In this document: one piece after another, positions 61,064 through 64,000 of the stretch
Numbering within the stretch: position 1 is the first letter of the stretch
Layout: the number at the start of each line of letters is the position of its first letter
Notes under the pieces: generated by a model
The model's input: only the letters and a program-made list of their open reading frames with translations
Database searches by the model: none
What the model was told of the DNA's origin: nothing
Origin: Geminicoccaceae bacterium
Lineage (GTDB): Bacteria; Pseudomonadota; Alphaproteobacteria; Geminicoccales; Geminicoccaceae
Assembly (NCBI GenBank): GCA_037446605.1
Contig: JBBIIE010000006.1
Location: 447-64,446, forward strand
DNA: 64,000 nucleotides
Direction: 5' to 3'
Program-made: the position numbers and the translations under genes

Positions 61064-63273
61064 GCCGGGGCGCCCGCCACGCCCAGGGCCGGTGCCGCCC
61101 GCCGCCCCAGCCGCCGCTCCCCGACCAGCCACTGGAAGAGCAGGATCGCGAGCAGCATGACAAGGATCAGTACGCAACAGTACGCCACCGCGAGACCATA
61201 GTCCCCGTTCTCGACACGCCCCAGGATGTAGGTCGTCGCCATCTCGTACTGCGCCGACACCAGGAAGACCACCGCACTGATGGCGGTCATCGCGCGCACG
61301 AAGCTGTAGACGAGTGCCGCGAGCAGCGCCGGTCGCAACAGCGGCAGCAGGATCCGACGAACGGTCACGGCGTTGGATGCGCGCAAGGTGAGCGAGGCCT
61401 CGTCGAGCGAGCGGTCGAGCTGGGACATGGCGGCAATCCCCGCCCGCACACCCACCGGCATGTTGCGGAACACGAAGGCGATCACGAGGATGAGGCCGGT
61501 TCCCGTGATCTCGATCGGCGGCACGTTGAAGGCGAGGATGTAGGCGATGCCGATCACCGTGCCGGGAATGGCGAAGGAAAGCATCGTCGCGAACTCGAAA
61601 CTCCGCTTGAAGGCGAACTGCTGGCGGACGAGCAGCCAACCGGTGAGCAGACCGATGGCGGCGGTCGGGAGCGCCGAGATCGCCGCGATCCCGATGGTGG
61701 TGCCGAAGCTGTTCCACGCCGCGCCGGCCCAGACCAGGCCGTGCTCGCCGGGGACCACTGCGAAGGCGCGCCAGAGATGCTCGAGGGTGGGAGTGTAATC
61801 GCGCCCCCAGAACTTGACGAAGCCACCGACCATGATCAGCCCGTAGAGGACGATCGTGAGGAGCGTCCAGGGGACGGCCACCGCGTAGCAGAGGCGCTCC
61901 AGACCGCGGGTGAGGGGCATCGGAAGTCCGCCCTCACCCTTCCCTGTCACGGTGGTGTAGCTGCGCCGCCCGAGCCATACCTGTTGCACCCAGAAGGCCA
62001 ACAGCGTGAACGAGAGGAGGACGATGGCGAGCACGGCCGCGCGTCCGGCGTCGTGCTGAGCCCCAACCATGGCGAAGAAGATCTCGGTGGAGAGGACGTC
62101 GTAGTTGCCGGACAGGACGAGGGGATTGCCGAAGTCGGCCAGGCTCTCGATGAAACCCAAGAGGAACGCGTTGGCGAGACCGGGTCGCATCAGCGGCAGC
62201 GACACCGTGCTGAAGGTCGTCCAGCGGTCGGCGCGGAGCGTCTGTGCCGCCTCCTCGAGCGAAGGGCTGACCCCCTCGACCACGCCGACCAGGACGAGAA
62301 AGGCGATCGGCGTGAAGGCCAGGGTCTGGGCGAACCAGATCCCCGTGAGGCCGTAGATCCAGCGGCCCGGCTCGACACCGAGGAGGCCGGCGACGAGCTG
62401 CGTGACCGTTCCGTTGCGCCCGAAGAGCAGGATGATCGCGAGCCCGATGACGAATGGCGGGGTGATGATCGGCAGGAGAGTGAGCTGGCGCAGGATACGC
62501 TTGTGCCGAAAGTCGGTACGGACGACCAGGAGCGCGAAGGCCAATCCCAGGAGCGTGGTCGACAGGCCGACCAGCACCGCGAGGAAGGCCGAGTTCCAGG
62601 CGACGCCGCAGCGATGGTCGGACCAAAGGCATGCGAGATTCCAGATCCGTCCATCGCCGAACTTGGTGACGAAGAGCCAGGGGTCGAACGCACCGGCGTT
62701 GTCGCGGAACGCGCTCGTGAGCACGGTCGTGACCGGGAAGAACACGAACAGGCCGACCATCGCGACCACGAGGCCGATCGAGGCGGCGACGAACGAATCA
62801 CCCTTGACCGCGCCGCGCAGCGCGCAGCCGTGGGTGAGCAGGAAGAGAAGGCTGGCGGCGACGAGGGCGCCCCCGACCCCCAGCCCGAACTGGCGGGCCC
62901 GCTCGGGCAGGAGCGGCACAGCCCAGGCGACCGTCACTCCCTTGTGCGTGATCGCCAGTCCCTGGGCCGCGAGCCAAGCGAGCCCGAGCACGCCTGCCGC
63001 GATCAGGATGGAGCCACGTCGCTCGATCGGCCCTACCCGGCGAAGCGTCAGGAGCGGTGCGAGGAGCGGACCCGCGAGCGGCCAGAGCCACGGCTTGCCG
63101 TGCCAGATGGCCTGGAAGAGGCCAGGTGCAGCGTCGCGATCGAAGATCCACCCGGCCGCCAGCCAGCCGCCGGACAGCAGACCATCCTCGAGCGCGTACC
63201 ACGGGAGAACCGCGAACCCGATCCACCCGATCGCCAGCCAAGCGAGCAAGGTTCGGTCGAGAGACCCCGCCAA
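61060..63273 (-). CDS. Fused two-domain ABC permease (FbpB/AfuB type) with extra N-terminal TM region
   Basis: 737 aa with two BPD-transporter halves (LPIITPPFVIGLAIILLFG...; EAAQTLRADRW...; EASLTLRASN...) preceded by about 170 aa of additional hydrophobic segments. Confidence 0.85.
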   Translation of the reverse strand: MAGSLDRTLLAWLAIGWIGFAVLPWYALEDGLLSGGWLAAGWIFDRDAAPGLFQAIWHGKPWLWPLAGPLLAPLLTLRRVGPIERRGSILIAAGVLGLAWLAAQGLAITHKGVTVAWAVPLLPERARQFGLGVGGALVAASLLFLLTHGCALRGAVKGDSFVAASIGLVVAMVGLFVFFPVTTVLTSAFRDNAGAFDPWLFVTKFGDGRIWNLACLWSDHRCGVAWNSAFLAVLVGLSTTLLGLAFALLVVRTDFRHKRILRQLTLLPIITPPFVIGLAIILLFGRNGTVTQLVAGLLGVEPGRWIYGLTGIWFAQTLAFTPIAFLVLVGVVEGVSPSLEEAAQTLRADRWTTFSTVSLPLMRPGLANAFLLGFIESLADFGNPLVLSGNYDVLSTEIFFAMVGAQHDAGRAAVLAIVLLSFTLLAFWVQQVWLGRRSYTTVTGKGEGGLPMPLTRGLERLCYAVAVPWTLLTIVLYGLIMVGGFVKFWGRDYTPTLEHLWRAFAVVPGEHGLVWAGAAWNSFGTTIGIAAISALPTAAIGLLTGWLLVRQQFAFKRSFEFATMLSFAIPGTVIGIAYILAFNVPPIEITGTGLILVIAFVFRNMPVGVRAGIAAMSQLDRSLDEASLTLRASNAVTVRRILLPLLRPALLAALVYSFVRAMTAISAVVFLVSAQYEMATTYILGRVENGDYGLAVAYCCVLILVMLLAILLFQWLVGERRLGRRAAPALGVAGAPA

Positions 63274-63282
63274 GCGCCCGCC

Positions 63283-64000
63283 TCAGCGCGGCAGGGCGTT
63301 GACTTCCTTCTCCCACTTCGCGAGCAGCCGCTGGCGCTCGGCGGAGGAGCCGTACTTCTTGAAGTCGTAGTCGATGAGCTTGATCTCGGCGAGCTTGGGC
63401 GCCTCGGGCGGCACCACTGCTGACTTGTTTGAAGGTACTTGATAGGACTTGGCCTTGACGGCCATGGACTGGATATCGGCGCGCAGCGCGAAGTCGTAGA
63501 ACTTCTTGGCTTCGTCGAGGTTGCGGGCTCCGGCGATGATACTCATCGAGCCGATCTCGTATCCCGTTCCCTCGCACGGCGACACCACCACGATGGGTGC
63601 GCCCGCCACCTTCATGGCGACCGCGTCGTGCTGGAAGACGATGCCGACGAGCGTCTCTCCCTGGGCCGCCGCCTTGATCGGTGCCGAGCCGGACTTGGTA
63701 TACTGGCTGATGTTGCGGTGCAGTGCCCGGAGATAGTCGAAACCCTCTTCCTCCCCCATCATCTGGACGAAGGTGGCGAGCGCCGTGTAGGACGTTCCCG
63801 AGCTGTTTGGGTTGGCGATCTGGACGTCACCCTTGTACTCGGGCTTGATCAGATCGGCCCAGCATCGCGGTGCAGGAATGCCCTTCTTCTTCAAGAGTTC
63901 CTCGTTGTAGCCGTAGCCGAGCGCTCCGGCGTAGATCCCGACCGTCCGCCCGCCCGAGGCCTTGTGCTGGCTGATGGCCCAATCGTTGAGTTCCTTGAGC
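63283..64000 (-). CDS. ABC substrate-binding protein (FbpA/AfuA family), C-terminal part; the gene runs off the window
   Basis: The frame stays open to the window edge (...LKELNDWAISQHKASGGRTVGIYAGALGYGYNEELLKKKGIPAPRCWADLIKPEYKGDVQIANPNSSGTSY...CEGTGYEIGSMSIIAGA...). This is the family-1 solute-binding fold. The ligand (Fe3+, phosphonate or sugar phosphate) cannot be decided from the sequence. Confidence 0.8.
   Translation of the reverse strand, partial: LKELNDWAISQHKASGGRTVGIYAGALGYGYNEELLKKKGIPAPRCWADLIKPEYKGDVQIANPNSSGTSYTALATFVQMMGEEEGFDYLRALHRNISQYTKSGSAPIKAAAQGETLVGIVFQHDAVAMKVAGAPIVVVSPCEGTGYEIGSMSIIAGARNLDEAKKFYDFALRADIQSMAVKAKSYQVPSNKSAVVPPEAPKLAEIKLIDYDFKKYGSSAERQRLLAKWEKEVNALPR

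Overview
This is a high-GC chromosomal segment. Its gene content points to an alphaproteobacterium: F1Fo-ATPase inhibitor zeta subunit (DUF1476), Usg, IalB, DUF1192, CIRCE-controlled groESL, class II DAHP synthase, and a contiguous phoR-pstSCAB-phoU-phoB block. I can support about 65 protein-coding genes, two pseudogenes, one tRNA-Pro(UGG) and a handful of regulatory sites. I saw no rRNA, CRISPR array, transposase, integrase or phage genes. Most of the window is ordinary housekeeping DNA:
- nrdR-ribD, rpiB, groESL, recA, gabD, gor, aroH-type DAHP synthase, acetoacetyl-CoA synthetase and the Pho regulon core;
- sppA, rlmN, the gpmI-envC-ctpA-yibQ-rppH block, and gpt;
- a split Liv-type amino-acid ABC system and an FbpABC/AfuABC-like ABC system.

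Two stretches look accessory.
1. 30.2-37.1 kb holds an LssB/HlyB-type type I secretion system (ABC with a catalytically dead C39-like domain, HlyD adaptor, TolC). It has visibly more A/T-ending codons than its neighbours and no RTX or giant-adhesin cargo. It is flanked by unusually long non-coding gaps, and a 131-aa acidic orphan ORF follows it; that ORF is my best cargo candidate.
2. 42.6-48.3 kb starts with a decayed GST and a decayed cyclase-family gene on either side of an AT-rich nested palindrome that resembles a Zur-box core. An intact secreted cyclase-family protein, a MacB/LolD-type ATPase, an FtsX-type permease and a DUF3299 protein follow. I read this as a candidate metal (zinc?)-responsive periplasmic/transport module of undescribed composition. 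It is the most interesting hypothesis in the window.

Other points: three phased Pho-box-like 11-bp repeats sit inside the 3' end of phoR just upstream of pstS, and a degenerate second CIRCE-like element lies upstream of the canonical one.

All calls come from reading the translations and the DNA by eye. No database search, HMM, RNA folding or GC computation was run. Start codons are often uncertain by a few codons, and many long ORFs in the track are antisense or out-of-frame shadows typical of high-GC DNA.
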